From the NCBI GenBank assembly GCA_964480055.1, contig CAYZQH010000001.1, forward strand, positions 1 through 37,026: a stretch of 37,026 nucleotides of DNA, given 5' to 3'. Every line of letters begins with the position of its first letter. Within the stretch, counting starts at the first letter, position 1. Source of the DNA: an uncultured Cellvibrionaceae bacterium. GTDB lineage: Bacteria > Pseudomonadota > Gammaproteobacteria > Pseudomonadales > Cellvibrionaceae. The position numbers and the translations under genes are program-made. Shown here in pieces: positions 1 through 10,400 of this stretch. The notes beneath the pieces were generated by a model, which made no database searches, was not told the DNA's origin, and worked only from the letters and a program-made list of their open reading frames with translations.

Positions 1-55
1 AACCTACGACCTGCTGATTACAAGTCAGCTGCTCTACCAACTGAGCTACGCCAGC
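1..55 (-). tRNA. tRNA-Thr (anticodon UGU), 3' portion cut off by the window edge
   Basis: The reverse complement of 1-55 reads GCTGGCGTAGCTCAGTTGGTAGAGCAGCTGACTTGTAATCAGCAGGTCGTAGGTT. This gives a D-arm TAGCTCAGTTGGTAGAGC, an anticodon stem GCTGA/TCAGC with loop CTTGTAA (anticodon TGT), and the start of the T-arm. Its location after birA-coaX-SPOR matches the tRNA cluster preceding tufB in many gammaproteobacteria. Confidence 0.85.
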
Positions 56-126
56 AAAACTACAGTGCTTTCAAAATACTTCGATTTGATCACCCCTGAA
101 GTGGAGGCGGGATTCTATTGAAAGTT

Positions 127-798
127 TTAGGAGGAAGCAACATCTAAACAGGATTTTTGTTTTTCTTTTAGCTCAAATGGATCTCTCAGCAGCGTCGACC
201 AGGCTTTTGGGGCAATTTTTTGCACTTCTTTCTCAGAAACTTCGACCCACCACTGGTCATACACACGAGGTACGCTTTTGATTTTTGGAGAAAGGCCTCT
301 GCTTGTCAAATCCGTTAGGCGTGCATCTGCGAGCGCCAACTCACTAAAAACCCCCAGCGATATCCCGTTAGCAAGCTCTCCTTTAGCCATAATATAACTA
401 TCAATTCCACGTGCATGCAGCTTCTCTAGCTCTTTTTTTGCTCGCGCTCGCGACCCAAAACTGTCCAGATACACCCAATACGTCTCACCCGCAGCCGAGG
501 AAATAGACTTAATCTTACCCTTAACATCTAACACCCTTAGGCGCTCGTAGAATACATCTGCTTCCTGTCGACCGGGGAAGGGGCCAACCAGCCTGCACCC
601 TTGAGATAACACGCTTGTTGTGTCAGACGCCAGAGGGTCAGTATTTTGCTCGGACAGCAGGCTCACCCTCTGAACAGAAAGCGGTAACTGGTAAGGCGGG
701 CGCTCTACAGGCTTTAAATACTTTTTAGGCAACCCCACAAGGCGCCAAACCAGAAGAGCTGCATTGACCAGTAGTAGTAATAAGAAAATCCAACGCAT
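127..798 (-). CDS. SPOR-domain membrane-anchored protein
   Basis: ATG start. N-terminal hydrophobic anchor MRWIFLLLLLVNAALLVW. C-terminal half shows SPOR-like repeats (YWVYLDSFGSRARAKKELEKLHARGIDSY, ISLGVFSELALADARLTDL). Conserved position downstream of coaX. Confidence 0.7.
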   Translation of the reverse strand: MRWIFLLLLLVNAALLVWRLVGLPKKYLKPVERPPYQLPLSVQRVSLLSEQNTDPLASDTTSVLSQGCRLVGPFPGRQEADVFYERLRVLDVKGKIKSISSAAGETYWVYLDSFGSRARAKKELEKLHARGIDSYIMAKGELANGISLGVFSELALADARLTDLTSRGLSPKIKSVPRVYDQWWVEVSEKEVQKIAPKAWSTLLRDPFELKEKQKSCLDVASS

Positions 799-809
799 GT
801 ACTATTCGC

Positions 810-1550
810 TTAATTCAATCGGATGGCAGACCAGACACCCAGGCCTTCTAGAACCAAAGCAGGGTGCACGTAGCTGGACAACGCTGGTGGTGCAATTTTC
901 TTGATTAATGGCGCATCCCCCCCTGCCACAACACCTTTAAAGCCTGCATTCAAAAACGGGGCTTCACGGATCACTTCTTTAAAAAAACCGCCATACAAGC
1001 AGGACATACCCGCCCCCACACACGCCTGCGTAGTATCCCCAGGACACCACGAGGATTCAAGGCCGCTCACTTCCACTTTAACGTTTGCCGCTTTTTGACC
1101 AAAGCTTTCAATCACAGCCGTAATGCCCGGAGCAATCATCCCACCCAAATGGCGCCCGCCTTTTTCCACATAATCTACCGTGATAGCACTACCGGCCCCC
1201 AAAACGACAAGGTTATCCCCTGGATACGCTTTTACTGCCGCGACCATAGATAACCATCGGTCCACCCCCAGCGATGCATGATCTTTATAGCCCACTGTTA
1301 AAGAGGCAAAGATAGGCTCCACACTGACAAACACAGGGGATAAATTGAGCTCCTGTTGGCAACGCTCTGAAAACCCTCGGTTCCAATCCGCCGAAACCAC
1401 CGAACTCATTACAATACTCTGAACATCAGAGGCTTTAAGTGCTTCAAAGAATCGCCCTGATTGCACCAAATTGCAAACAGAAAAGTCGTTCGGCGCCTCA
1501 GGAGAGCACCATTTCATCCGAGTATTCCCAACATCCAGTAAAAGAATCAC
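810..1550 (-). CDS. coaX: Type III pantothenate kinase
   Basis: N-terminal LLLDVGNTRMKW phosphate-1 motif of the ASKHA-fold CoaX family. Length is 246 aa. The GTG start overlaps the birA stop (GTGA), implying translational coupling. Confidence 0.9.
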   Translation of the reverse strand: MILLLDVGNTRMKWCSPEAPNDFSVCNLVQSGRFFEALKASDVQSIVMSSVVSADWNRGFSERCQQELNLSPVFVSVEPIFASLTVGYKDHASLGVDRWLSMVAAVKAYPGDNLVVLGAGSAITVDYVEKGGRHLGGMIAPGITAVIESFGQKAANVKVEVSGLESSWCPGDTTQACVGAGMSCLYGGFFKEVIREAPFLNAGFKGVVAGGDAPLIKKIAPPALSSYVHPALVLEGLGVWSAIRLN

Positions 1551-2521
1551 GACACTTTGCGAAGAGACACTTCGCCCCCCACAAAAGAGGCCAAATCGCC
1601 ATTATCAAGACGCAATTGCAAGGCGCCAGTATCGGTTACTCCCACAAACTTACCTTCTGCGCGATTCCTTCCTGCAACAACACTGACTTTCTCGTGCATA
1701 TAAGCGGCGCACTTCAGCCAAGCGTGCCGATAAAAAGCAAATTTTTGTTCAGGGAAGTACTTCAGCGCTTCAACGAGCTTTAGAATCAAAGTTTGCGCTA
1801 AGTGTGTCCGACTTAAGCCCTGCTCCTTGCAACGTAACTCTGCCCAGGGCTGATCAATTTTTTCGGTCAACGCAGACGCTGACATAGCAACATTGATCCC
1901 CACGCCCACAACAATTGAACAAGGGCCGGAGAGGTCTCCGCCCACCTCCACGAGTACGCCGCCGAGCTTTTTGCCGTCAAGTAATAGATCGTTCGGCCAT
2001 TTGAGCTGAACACCCTCAAAGTTAAGCGCATCTAGAGCCGACCGCAAAACCACGCCCACCGCTAGACTGAGCCCTTCCAAAGCAGCAACGCCCTCTGACA
2101 CTTCTAAACCAATAGAGAAATACAAATTACTGCCATAAGGGCTCACCCATTGCCGCCCTCTTCGCCCGCGCCCGGCACTTTGATACTCCGCTATGCACGC
2201 AGAGACACCCAAAACCTCACGAGACAATAAAAATGCATTGGTGGAATCCACACCATCAAGCACGTGAACATTGGCTACGCCACCGCGGTGCAGCTCACGC
2301 TCAATAGAAGCGGCGTCCAATAGATCCAATGGCTCACTCAGGCGGTAACCTGCGCCACGAACAGATTCCACTTGAAGCCCCAAGGCGTCAAGACGCTGAA
2401 TTCGCTTCCAAACAGCCGCTCGACTCACGCCAAGGCACCGCCCGATAGACTCCCCCGAATGACATTGTCCATCCGCCAACAGGTGGATCAATGGAATACT
2501 CAAATCACTCACTGACACCAT
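1547..2521 (-). CDS. birA: Bifunctional biotin-[acetyl-CoA-carboxylase] ligase / biotin operon repressor
   Basis: N-terminal winged HTH (GESIGRCLGVSRAAVWKRIQRL) and the GRGRRGRQW biotin-binding loop. I chose the ATG at 2521 over the adjacent GTG at 2524. The 5' end overlaps the alr 3' end. Confidence 0.9.
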   Translation of the reverse strand: MVSVSDLSIPLIHLLADGQCHSGESIGRCLGVSRAAVWKRIQRLDALGLQVESVRGAGYRLSEPLDLLDAASIERELHRGGVANVHVLDGVDSTNAFLLSREVLGVSACIAEYQSAGRGRRGRQWVSPYGSNLYFSIGLEVSEGVAALEGLSLAVGVVLRSALDALNFEGVQLKWPNDLLLDGKKLGGVLVEVGGDLSGPCSIVVGVGINVAMSASALTEKIDQPWAELRCKEQGLSRTHLAQTLILKLVEALKYFPEQKFAFYRHAWLKCAAYMHEKVSVVAGRNRAEGKFVGVTDTGALQLRLDNGDLASFVGGEVSLRKVS

Positions 2522-3635
2522 CACTCACGTGCTCCAAGTATTGGCGTTGCAGCCTACCACCCAAATGGGTCAGCACCTCGTACTCACTGGTTTGTGCCCA
2601 CTCGGCCAGTTGCCTTAAAGAAATATTTGGCCCCAAAAGCTCAATACTGTCACCCTCTTGTGGACGCTGCCCCAGGGGAATATCGGTAATATCAAACACC
2701 ATGGAATCCATAGACACTCGACCCAATAGGGGAACAAACTGTCCAAACCAACCACCGGCTCCTCGCCCCGCCATGGCGCGAAAAAACCCATCCGCATAGC
2801 CCACTGAAACCACCACTACAACACGGTCTGACCGAGCAACATAATCTGCGCCATACCCAACCGCCTCACCAACAGGTAGCTCTCGTACCTGTATGACAGG
2901 CGCCGAAATCGACACCACCGAGGACAAAGGGAGGCTTTCATGGAGGCTCGGTTGACCGCCATATAACGCCAACCCAGGTCGCGCCACAGAAAAGTGATAC
3001 GACTCGCCAAGCATGATTGCCGCAGAGTTGGCCAGCGAAGCGCTAACCTTTGGAAATAACTTTTGGGCCTTATCAACCACCGCTTGAAAGCGAGCTAACT
3101 GCTCGATGTTTAGTTCGTGCTCTGGCGTATCGGCACAAGCCAAATGACTGAGCACCAAGGATATTCGCATTGACTTAGCGCTTTCTAGGATACTTAACTG
3201 CTCAAATTCTGAAACTGTCATGCCCAGGCGATTCATGCCTGAATTCACTTTCACGGCACACTGAGGTGCGTCAGCGTGCGCATCAACAAAAGCCCGCCAC
3301 CTCTCAAACATAGATTTAGATATAAGCACTGGCCGTAAGCCATGCGCTTTAAACTCTGACTCACCCCCAGAGACTACGCCTTGCAAAACGTATATCACCG
3401 CTTGCGCTGGCAAAACGCGACGAAGGGCCACCCCTTCATCCAGGTGCGCCACAAAGTATACGGTGCACCCCGCTGAATATAGCGCCTGACTTACAGGTGC
3501 CACACCCAAACCATAGGCATCGGCTTTTACTACGGCTCCGCATACGCAGCCATCAGCTAAGTGGCTTTGTAGGAGCTGCCAGTTTTCCGAAACTGCAGAC
3601 AGGTTAACCGAAAAAGACCCCGCACTAGATGGCAT
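2505..3635 (-). CDS. alr: Alanine racemase
   Basis: PLP-lysine motif VVKADAYGLG near the N-terminus. C-terminal beta-domain motifs are present (VGYGADY, VSVGYADGF, GRVSMDS). 376 aa. Confidence 0.9.
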   Translation of the reverse strand: MPSSAGSFSVNLSAVSENWQLLQSHLADGCVCGAVVKADAYGLGVAPVSQALYSAGCTVYFVAHLDEGVALRRVLPAQAVIYVLQGVVSGGESEFKAHGLRPVLISKSMFERWRAFVDAHADAPQCAVKVNSGMNRLGMTVSEFEQLSILESAKSMRISLVLSHLACADTPEHELNIEQLARFQAVVDKAQKLFPKVSASLANSAAIMLGESYHFSVARPGLALYGGQPSLHESLPLSSVVSISAPVIQVRELPVGEAVGYGADYVARSDRVVVVVSVGYADGFFRAMAGRGAGGWFGQFVPLLGRVSMDSMVFDITDIPLGQRPQEGDSIELLGPNISLRQLAEWAQTSEYEVLTHLGGRLQRQYLEHVSDGVSE

Positions 3636-4099
3636 ACTTTACTCGCTCAAAAACAAGCGCGCATCCTAACACTAGAAGCCTCGTTTGCTAAGATCAGTGC
3701 GCAGGCCAAAGCTAAATAGCGCCACGGTTTTGTTGGGCTGAATACTTCTTCTAAGCTATTTCATGGGATAGCATTTGCTAGTTCCAGAAGAATCTTTGGG
3801 GTCTAGCCAACGGATTAAATATTCGCCAAAAATGGTGTTTGATGGGCTTATGCTGTTGAAGTAAGCATGAAATTTACTTGAGTAAATCGAACGGGAGTTT
3901 CTAACAGAATAGGGGATGGACGCCTTTCAGAGCTGACTAATGATTGAATGGCAAGCGTTAGGGGCACGGAGAAAAGCTTAATTTGCTCCCTGGTTTACAC
4001 CGGATATATGTCTTCGTAACCGTCTTCTTGGAAGTCGGCAGCGGTTAATCAAGGGTTAATGGGGTTCTCTAAACCAAAGTTTCTTTTAATTAGGAAACT

Positions 4100-4132
4100 G
4101 ACAGTAGGAGGTACCATATACCCCCTACTGTC
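4100..4132 (-). terminator. Hairpin just downstream of the pectinesterase stop codon (putative terminator)
   Basis: GACAGTAGG (4100-4108) pairs perfectly with CCTACTGTC (4124-4132), 23 nt after the stop. On the minus strand it is followed by AGTTTCC..., so only a weak U tract. Confidence 0.4.
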
Positions 4133-4154
4133 CTAATCTGTAAACACCCTTATT

Positions 4155-6149
4155 CTAGGGCGCCCAGCCTAACCATTTTCGTGCGGAACTTAGTTTGTTC
4201 AACTCAGAGCTGCCAGAGGAAAGTTGTTTACCCTCAAACTTGCGGGAACCTCCGCCATTAAGCGCCTTATTGTTGTACTCCCAGTATCGACTGGAGACGT
4301 TACGCCAACCCTTAATATGGCTATCCATTCGGCAGTTAATAAACGCAACATTGCCGTCATCATGGCCGTGTGTTTGGCCAAGGGTAATGCCACTTAAAGA
4401 GCTGCTCTCTCTAGTGAGCCTGCAATTTACAAACGCTAAACCATTTACACCTTTTGGTGCACGCCCATTAGTAATGGAGCCAGTACCACGATTGGATAAC
4501 TCACAGTTTTCACAATAGAGTGAGCCTGCTCCCCAAACGTAATCTACCCCTCCAGAGATTTTCCCGTCTCTGATATAAACCTGGGAACCACCATTAACCA
4601 ATAAAGTATCTTGATGACTGCGCAAGTGAACCTTGTTCATATAAATTCGCTTTGAATTGCTATCTATCATGACCGCTTCGGCTTGTCTTCCCCCACCACT
4701 GATTTTGGGGAAGGTGTTAAAGATAGTGAGGTTTTCAAAAGTTAGATCATTGGCCTTTATGTAGTAGCCCATGCGATCTCTTGTACCACTACCGGTCATT
4801 TTTGCGCTATTTTTTGGCGCAAAAATAGTAGAGTCTCGGCCCGCGCCTTTAAAGTGTAGATTCCCCTTCTTTATCATCACGTTGCCTGGATAAACACCGG
4901 CTTTAACCTGAATCGTGCGCTTTGTGGAGTTCCCAGATGGCGTGGCATCTACAATGCCCTGTACTGAGCAGTATTCACCACTGCCGTCTGCCGCAAGGGT
5001 GTAGTTGGTTGAGGTAGATGGTTTTTGTGAGCGAACAGTAAAGCTCCAGCTGTCAGAAAATTTCTTGCCAGATGAGTCTGTTACGAGCCCATCTTCAAAT
5101 TTTACCGTGTAAGTTTTGCCATAACTCAGTCGGGCTTTGGGGTGGAACATCACCGTATTACCAACTACATAGAGCACGTCCGATTTGAAGGTCTTACCTC
5201 CGGCAGTGCGCGAAGTTAATTTGCTGTACAAACCTGCACTACTCTTGACATTGGATGTCACGCTGTCAAAAACGCTGCCTGAAGACTCAATGATTTGTAT
5301 CTTTTTCCCACTTTTGATAACGGGAGTTCGGTTAAACCTCACGCCAACCGAGGCATCTGCACATGTGTTTTTGCGACCTTTGGAAGGGAAAAACTCAACG
5401 CCTGTAATGGACCGTGACGGATCTACGTTGCCAGAAGATGAGCTGGACGAAGAACTTGAGCTTGAAGAGCTTGATGTCAATCCAGAGCATGTAGCTTTAC
5501 TTAACCCACTACCGGTTATATATATCGCATCAATGTTTGGAAGGCCTCCTTCGGTTTGAGCTCGAAGCTTAAGGGTATTGACGCCTTTAGAAAGGTTAAT
5601 AGAGGCGGCCTCAACCAACCAATCTGTCCATGAGGTGCCAGAGTCAAGGCTCATGACCGTTGAATAGCCAGCTTCTTGTACTTGTAAATCTGCACTGCGA
5701 GCCGCGGAACCGGAAGCCGCATAGCGTACTTTGAAACCATAATTACCAGCACGCGATGCCTGAATCTGCCAGACAATTTCACTGCCGGTGGCGTTGGTTG
5801 TGTTGATGTAGCCTGTGCCAGTATAACCGTTGTGCTCGGTTTCAATGAGGTTGCCGGTATAGGAACAAACACCTGTGTTACTGGACTCTTGAATCTCTAG
5901 CGTTTCAACCGGGGAGCCAGAGCTCGAAGAACTACTACTAGAAGAACTACTAGATGATGAGCTCGAAGAACTGCTGCTAGAAGAACTACTAGACGATGAA
6001 CTCGAAGAACTACTACTAGAAGATGAGCTAGACGACGATGTGGAAGTTGTGCCACCGGGCCCACCACAAGCCGTTAAAAATGTGGCAGTTGCACATACGA
6101 GAGCAATTTTTATGAGGTCGAGCGCAGTGTTCGATCGCTGATAACGCAT
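4155..6149 (-). CDS. Modular lipoprotein pectin methylesterase (CE8) with polyserine linkers, a CBM6/CBM35-like module and an Ig-like module
   Basis: Lipobox FLTAC. A roughly 49-residue Ser run is followed by a beta-sandwich module ending GGLPNIDAIYITG, then a second Ser linker. The catalytic domain carries pectinesterase signatures RQAEAVMI, SHQDTLL and GGVDYVWG. Confidence 0.85.
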   Translation of the reverse strand: MRYQRSNTALDLIKIALVCATATFLTACGGPGGTTSTSSSSSSSSSSSSSSSSSSSSSSSSSSSSSSSSSSSSSSSSGSPVETLEIQESSNTGVCSYTGNLIETEHNGYTGTGYINTTNATGSEIVWQIQASRAGNYGFKVRYAASGSAARSADLQVQEAGYSTVMSLDSGTSWTDWLVEAASINLSKGVNTLKLRAQTEGGLPNIDAIYITGSGLSKATCSGLTSSSSSSSSSSSSSSGNVDPSRSITGVEFFPSKGRKNTCADASVGVRFNRTPVIKSGKKIQIIESSGSVFDSVTSNVKSSAGLYSKLTSRTAGGKTFKSDVLYVVGNTVMFHPKARLSYGKTYTVKFEDGLVTDSSGKKFSDSWSFTVRSQKPSTSTNYTLAADGSGEYCSVQGIVDATPSGNSTKRTIQVKAGVYPGNVMIKKGNLHFKGAGRDSTIFAPKNSAKMTGSGTRDRMGYYIKANDLTFENLTIFNTFPKISGGGRQAEAVMIDSNSKRIYMNKVHLRSHQDTLLVNGGSQVYIRDGKISGGVDYVWGAGSLYCENCELSNRGTGSITNGRAPKGVNGLAFVNCRLTRESSSLSGITLGQTHGHDDGNVAFINCRMDSHIKGWRNVSSRYWEYNNKALNGGGSRKFEGKQLSSGSSELNKLSSARKWLGWAP
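5920..6039. repeat. Tandem 39-nt repeats encoding the first polyserine linker
   Basis: Unit GAGCTCGAAGAACTACTACTAGAAGAACTACTAGATGAT (5920-5958) recurs at 5959-5997 with 3 substitutions. It recurs partially from 5998. All six Ser codons are used. Confidence 0.8.
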
Positions 6150-6531
6150 TGTGAAGTATCTCCAATCTTTTACGGTATTACGCTAGCAATTAGGTAAGTG
6201 CATTGAAGCATGCATGTATTATTATGAGCCTAAAAGCTATCCAATTTTTTAGCATACCGGTTGTACAAGCATAATGGTCATACAAATTCTTCAAATGTGA
6301 AATAGTCGCGGAAGCTTGAAAAAAAGTATGAGCTATTCTAGGTCGCTAGGCCTACATCTGAAATGCAATCTGGGGGAGAAACGGCCTTAAGTGACCTGCC
6401 CTGGGCCATACTATGAGGTTCATTGGAAAAGTTATGGCGATAGATAGGGTAGATCCAGCCCAATAAAATAATCGTAAACCATTGATTTTATAGGAATAAT
6501 TGGATTCAGCCAGATATGGCTATATATTAAA

Positions 6532-6616
6532 TGGTGCCCAAGGCCGGACTTGAACCGGCACGGCTTACGCCACTACCCCCTCAAGATAGCGTGTCTACCA
6601 ATTCCACCACTTGGGC
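6532..6616 (-). tRNA. tRNA-Leu (anticodon GAG)
   Basis: The reverse complement reads GCCCAAGTGGTGGAATTGGTAGACACGCTATCTTGAGGGGGTAGTGGCGTAAGCCGTGCCGGTTCAAGTCCGGCCTTGGGCACCA. It has a long variable arm, an encoded CCA and GAG in the anticodon loop. The secG-tRNA-Leu(GAG) order matches E. coli secG-leuU. Confidence 0.9.
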
Positions 6617-6626
6617 AATAATTCTC

Positions 6627-7055
6627 TTATTCTTTTGAGGCTGCAGGCTCTGCAGAAGCCTCTGGGACTTCAACCTTAGAAGGGGCTGCCGCAGGGATTT
6701 CTAACACGGGTTCTATGCTGTCGCCTGCAGGAATGGCGTCGTCTGAAGGCGCAACAGATGGCATCGCATCTTCCACTTGCTCTACCACCTCGGAACCTGG
6801 GATTTCTACATTACTGGCATTACTGCTTTGCTTGCTGATTAATGCCAACACCAAACTTGTAGCAAAAAATACCGCAACCAGTAGCCCCGTCATACGGGAA
6901 AAAAAGTTACCGCTGCCAGCGGCACCAAACACGGTTTGAGACGATCCAGCACCAAATGAGGCACCCATCTCAGCACCTTTGCCTTGCTGAAGTAAAATTA
7001 GCCCGACAATTGCCAAGGCAATAATAACGTGAACAATTAAGAGTATGCTTTCCAT
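6627..7055 (-). CDS. secG: Preprotein translocase subunit SecG, with an acidic/Pro-Ala-rich C-terminal extension
   Basis: Two TM helices flank LLQQGKGAEMGASFGAGSSQTVFGAAGSGNF, the typical SecG glycine-rich loop. Confidence 0.9.
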   Translation of the reverse strand: MESILLIVHVIIALAIVGLILLQQGKGAEMGASFGAGSSQTVFGAAGSGNFFSRMTGLLVAVFFATSLVLALISKQSSNASNVEIPGSEVVEQVEDAMPSVAPSDDAIPAGDSIEPVLEIPAAAPSKVEVPEASAEPAASKE

Positions 7056-7197
7056 CAGATTATTTTCTCTAAACCTTTAATCAATCATTTCGCACGTATA
7101 CGTTATATTCAGCAATATACTGAAACATAAGGTGCTTTTTAGCGGAATCAAGGGGCTTAAAATGCCGCCTGACGAACCAGTATCGCCAGCTTCAAGC

Positions 7198-7938
7198 TTA
7201 CTCAGCTGCGCGACAAATCTGTAAAAAATTATCGGGTTTTAAGGATGCCCCACCCACCAAAGCCCCATCTACATCGGGCATTCCAAATAATGCCCCTGCG
7301 TTGTCCGCAGTAACACTACCGCCGTAAATAATGCGGGTTTGCGCTCCATATTCTCCGAGGCGCTCTCGGATAAAGGCATGCACTTCCTGCGCTTGCTCTG
7401 GCGTAGCAATATTGCCCGTACCGATCGCCCAGATTGGCTCGTACCCAATCACGGCGCGCGCCCAAACACCAGGGCCACATTCTCGGGTTACGGCATCTAT
7501 CTGCCTTGCAACCACCTCTTGGGTTTGCCCTGAAGCTCGCTCTTGTTCGGACTCCCCCACGCACAACACAGGCAACAAGTGCTCTTGTTGTGCGGCGATA
7601 AATTTTTTAACCACTTGAGCGTCGCTTTCCAAATGATAGCGCCTGCGCTCTGAATGCCCAATCAGAGTGTAGTGACACCCAATGTCATGCAGCATCTTTG
7701 CTGAAACATCCCCTGTGTAAGCACCTTCTTCGTAGGCACTGACATCTTGAGAGCCCAACACAATATTAGAGTGGGCCAACTCGCGGTAAGCCTGCCCAAG
7801 ATGTACAAATGGCGGGCAAACGACCACTTCTGCGTGATGCACGCCCACCCAGTCTTCACACAACTGACTTAACAACTCGGTCACAAACGCTTGAGAACCG
7901 TGTAGCTTCCAGTTGCCCAGTACTATATTTCGTCGCAT
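7198..7938 (-). CDS. tpiA: Triosephosphate isomerase
   Basis: Motifs GNWKLHG, IGHSERR and AYEPIWAIGTG (as GYEPIWAIGTG). 246 aa. Confidence 0.93.
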   Translation of the reverse strand: MRRNIVLGNWKLHGSQAFVTELLSQLCEDWVGVHHAEVVVCPPFVHLGQAYRELAHSNIVLGSQDVSAYEEGAYTGDVSAKMLHDIGCHYTLIGHSERRRYHLESDAQVVKKFIAAQQEHLLPVLCVGESEQERASGQTQEVVARQIDAVTRECGPGVWARAVIGYEPIWAIGTGNIATPEQAQEVHAFIRERLGEYGAQTRIIYGGSVTADNAGALFGMPDVDGALVGGASLKPDNFLQICRAAE

Positions 7939-8132
7939 GGCGTTTACTCAGGAAAGTCCAATCCGAAGCACCTTTGCCTAACTATAAAATCAACCCCCAA
8001 AGGGCCAAAATCAACACAGACAAAGCTTAATGCAGCCAGAGTCTTACGCGACCAAAGCCGCCCCAGGTCAAAAGGGGCGCCAATGGTAGCGGAGAAGCCC
8101 TTAGATGACAATGCCTGAAAAGCCGGTGGTAA

Positions 8133-9476
8133 CTATGAAAGCGCCTCTGCTACTTCATCGGCCAAAGATTGTGCCAAGGTTTCTACCTCTGGGTGATCTT
8201 GCCCCTCCACCATAACCCGAACCACTGGCTCGGTGCCGGACGGACGCAACAAGACGCGCCCATTGCCATCAAGCTTGGCTTCAACCTCTGCCACGGCAGC
8301 CTCTACCTTGGGATTGCTCATCACATCCATTTTTTGTGCAAGAGGAACGTTAATCATCACTTGTGGAAACTTTTGCATGGCCTGCTTGAGTTGATGTAAA
8401 GGCTTGCGTTCATGCATCACCGCCTTGAGCACCTGCAACGCGGAAATAATACCGTCCCCTGTTGTGGTGGAGTCTCCGCACACAATATGGCCTGAAGATT
8501 CTCCGCCAATCTTCCAATCATTACTTTTCATTTGCTCGATGACGTACCTATCGCCGACTTTGGCGCGGATAAATGGAATATCCAAGCTGCCAAGAGCAAC
8601 CTCAAACCCAAAGTTACTCATTAAAGTACCAACAACCCCAGAGCATCCTTCTTCATACTTTTGCTTGTGTGCAGCGATGATAAATAGGAGCTGATCCCCA
8701 TCCACCACCTCGCCTCTACAATCAACAAACATCACACGGTCGCCATCTCCGTCAAAAGCAATACCAAGGTCTGCCTGTACTTCCAAAACACGCTGCTGAA
8801 GCGCCTTCGTTTTAGTGGACCCACACTCTAAATTGATATTGACCCCATCAGGCCCAACAGCCATGGGGGTAACCTTAGCGCCAAGCTCGGTGAACACCTC
8901 TGGCGCCACCCGGTAAGTGGCACCATTCGCGCAATCCACTGCGATATGTAGCCCCTTTAATGAAAACCCCCATGGCAATGACCCTTTACAAAACTCGATA
9001 TAGCGCCCCTCCGCATCGTCGATACGTTTGGCTTTGCCTAACCGGGCAGCGGTGCTCATGGCGATATCTAGTTGGGCCTCAATGGCTAACTCTATTTCAT
9101 CACTGAGTTTTGCCCCCTCAGTATTAAATAATTTAATGCCGTTATCGCCATAAGGGTTGTGGGACGCACTGATCACAATGCCCGCCTTAGCCTGAAAAGT
9201 TCGTGTCAAATAGGCGATGGCAGGCGTTGGCATCGGGCCTAGCAACCCCACATCAACACCCGCACTGATTAAACCGGCTTCCAGCGCGGACTCAAACATA
9301 TACCCCGAGATACGAGTATCTTTCCCGATTAGCACCAAGCCTGCGGCACCAGAGTCGTCGGTGCCTGCCAATACCTTGCCCACAGCCCACCCCAAATGCA
9401 GGAAAAATTCGGGGGTTATAGGGTAAACCCCAACCGCCCCGCGAATACCATCTGTACCAAAATACTTTCTAGACAT
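8133..9476 (-). CDS. glmM: Phosphoglucosamine mutase
   Basis: N-terminus [13 protein letters not shown], phosphoserine loop [13 protein letters not shown], and FDGDGDR Mg site. The ATG at 9476 has an AGGAGAG Shine-Dalgarno. The longer ORF start at 9494 is a TTG. Confidence 0.93.
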   Translation of the reverse strand: MSRKYFGTDGIRGAVGVYPITPEFFLHLGWAVGKVLAGTDDSGAAGLVLIGKDTRISGYMFESALEAGLISAGVDVGLLGPMPTPAIAYLTRTFQAKAGIVISASHNPYGDNGIKLFNTEGAKLSDEIELAIEAQLDIAMSTAARLGKAKRIDDAEGRYIEFCKGSLPWGFSLKGLHIAVDCANGATYRVAPEVFTELGAKVTPMAVGPDGVNINLECGSTKTKALQQRVLEVQADLGIAFDGDGDRVMFVDCRGEVVDGDQLLFIIAAHKQKYEEGCSGVVGTLMSNFGFEVALGSLDIPFIRAKVGDRYVIEQMKSNDWKIGGESSGHIVCGDSTTTGDGIISALQVLKAVMHERKPLHQLKQAMQKFPQVMINVPLAQKMDVMSNPKVEAAVAEVEAKLDGNGRVLLRPSGTEPVVRVMVEGQDHPEVETLAQSLADEVAEALS

Positions 9477-9550
9477 GCTCTCTCCTACCCTCAAATACGC
9501 ACACTATTTGACGTGCAACGATAAATTTTATGTGCCCTATACTCTCAACG

Positions 9551-10384
9551 CTACGCTTGGGTTAACTGCCACAATTTAACCAAATCGACCGTTTGGGCCA
9601 CATCATGCACACGTAAAACACTGACTCCCTGCTCCAAACCTCGAGCGGCTAAAGCCAAACTGCCCGCCAACCTCTCCTCCAACGGGCGCCCCAATATTCT
9701 TCCAATTAATGACTTGCGTGACACCCCAAGCAGCACCGGGCCTAGCGCGCTAAATTGACTGGCGCGTGCAATCAATGCCAGGTTGTGGGTGTCGGTTTTA
9801 CCAAAACCAATACCTGGGTCTACCAACAAATTTTGCGCGCTAAGCCCCGCTTGAATACACGCTTGAACCCGCGCATGCAAATAGCCATACACATCCTCCA
9901 CCGCGTTGTCATAGGTAGGAGAATCTTGCATGGACTGGGGAGCCCCCTGCATATGCATCAAACAAACCGGAACGGCGCACTGCGCCGCCTGCTCAATGGC
10001 ACCCTCGCGTGAAAGTGCTCGCACGTCGTTAATTAAACCGGCGCCAGCACTCACGGCTTCTTTCATTACCAGCGCAGTGCTGGTATCAACTGAGATCACC
10101 ACATCAAGCGCCTTTGCGATGGCCTCTACCACAGGCACCACTCGCTCACACTCTAAAATCTCGGGTACAGGCTGCGCGCCTGGGCGAGTAGACTCCCCTC
10201 CCACATCAATAAAGTCGGCGCCTTGCTCAACCATTACACGCGCCCGCTCTAGCGCGAGAGAAATATCCACCCCTTGTTGACCGTGGCAGATTCCACCGTC
10301 ATAAAAAGAATCCGGGGTAACATTCAATACGCCCATCACCTTAGGCGCAGATAAATCTAGCGTTTGATTAGCAAATTGCATCAT
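9551..10384 (-). CDS. folP: Dihydropteroate synthase
   Basis: Pterin-binding domain motifs GVLNVTPDSFYDGG, DVGGESTRPG and DPGIGFGKT. Conserved ftsH-folP-glmM order. Confidence 0.92.
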   Translation of the reverse strand: MMQFANQTLDLSAPKVMGVLNVTPDSFYDGGICHGQQGVDISLALERARVMVEQGADFIDVGGESTRPGAQPVPEILECERVVPVVEAIAKALDVVISVDTSTALVMKEAVSAGAGLINDVRALSREGAIEQAAQCAVPVCLMHMQGAPQSMQDSPTYDNAVEDVYGYLHARVQACIQAGLSAQNLLVDPGIGFGKTDTHNLALIARASQFSALGPVLLGVSRKSLIGRILGRPLEERLAGSLALAARGLEQGVSVLRVHDVAQTVDLVKLWQLTQA

Positions 10385-10400
10385 GCACGGCCAACAAATG

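Noticed and set aside
5920-6039. I considered whether the periodic repeats could be a CRISPR-like or minisatellite non-coding array.
   Set aside because: They are in frame within the pectinesterase CDS and encode an uninterrupted polyserine linker. There is no spacer/repeat alternation.
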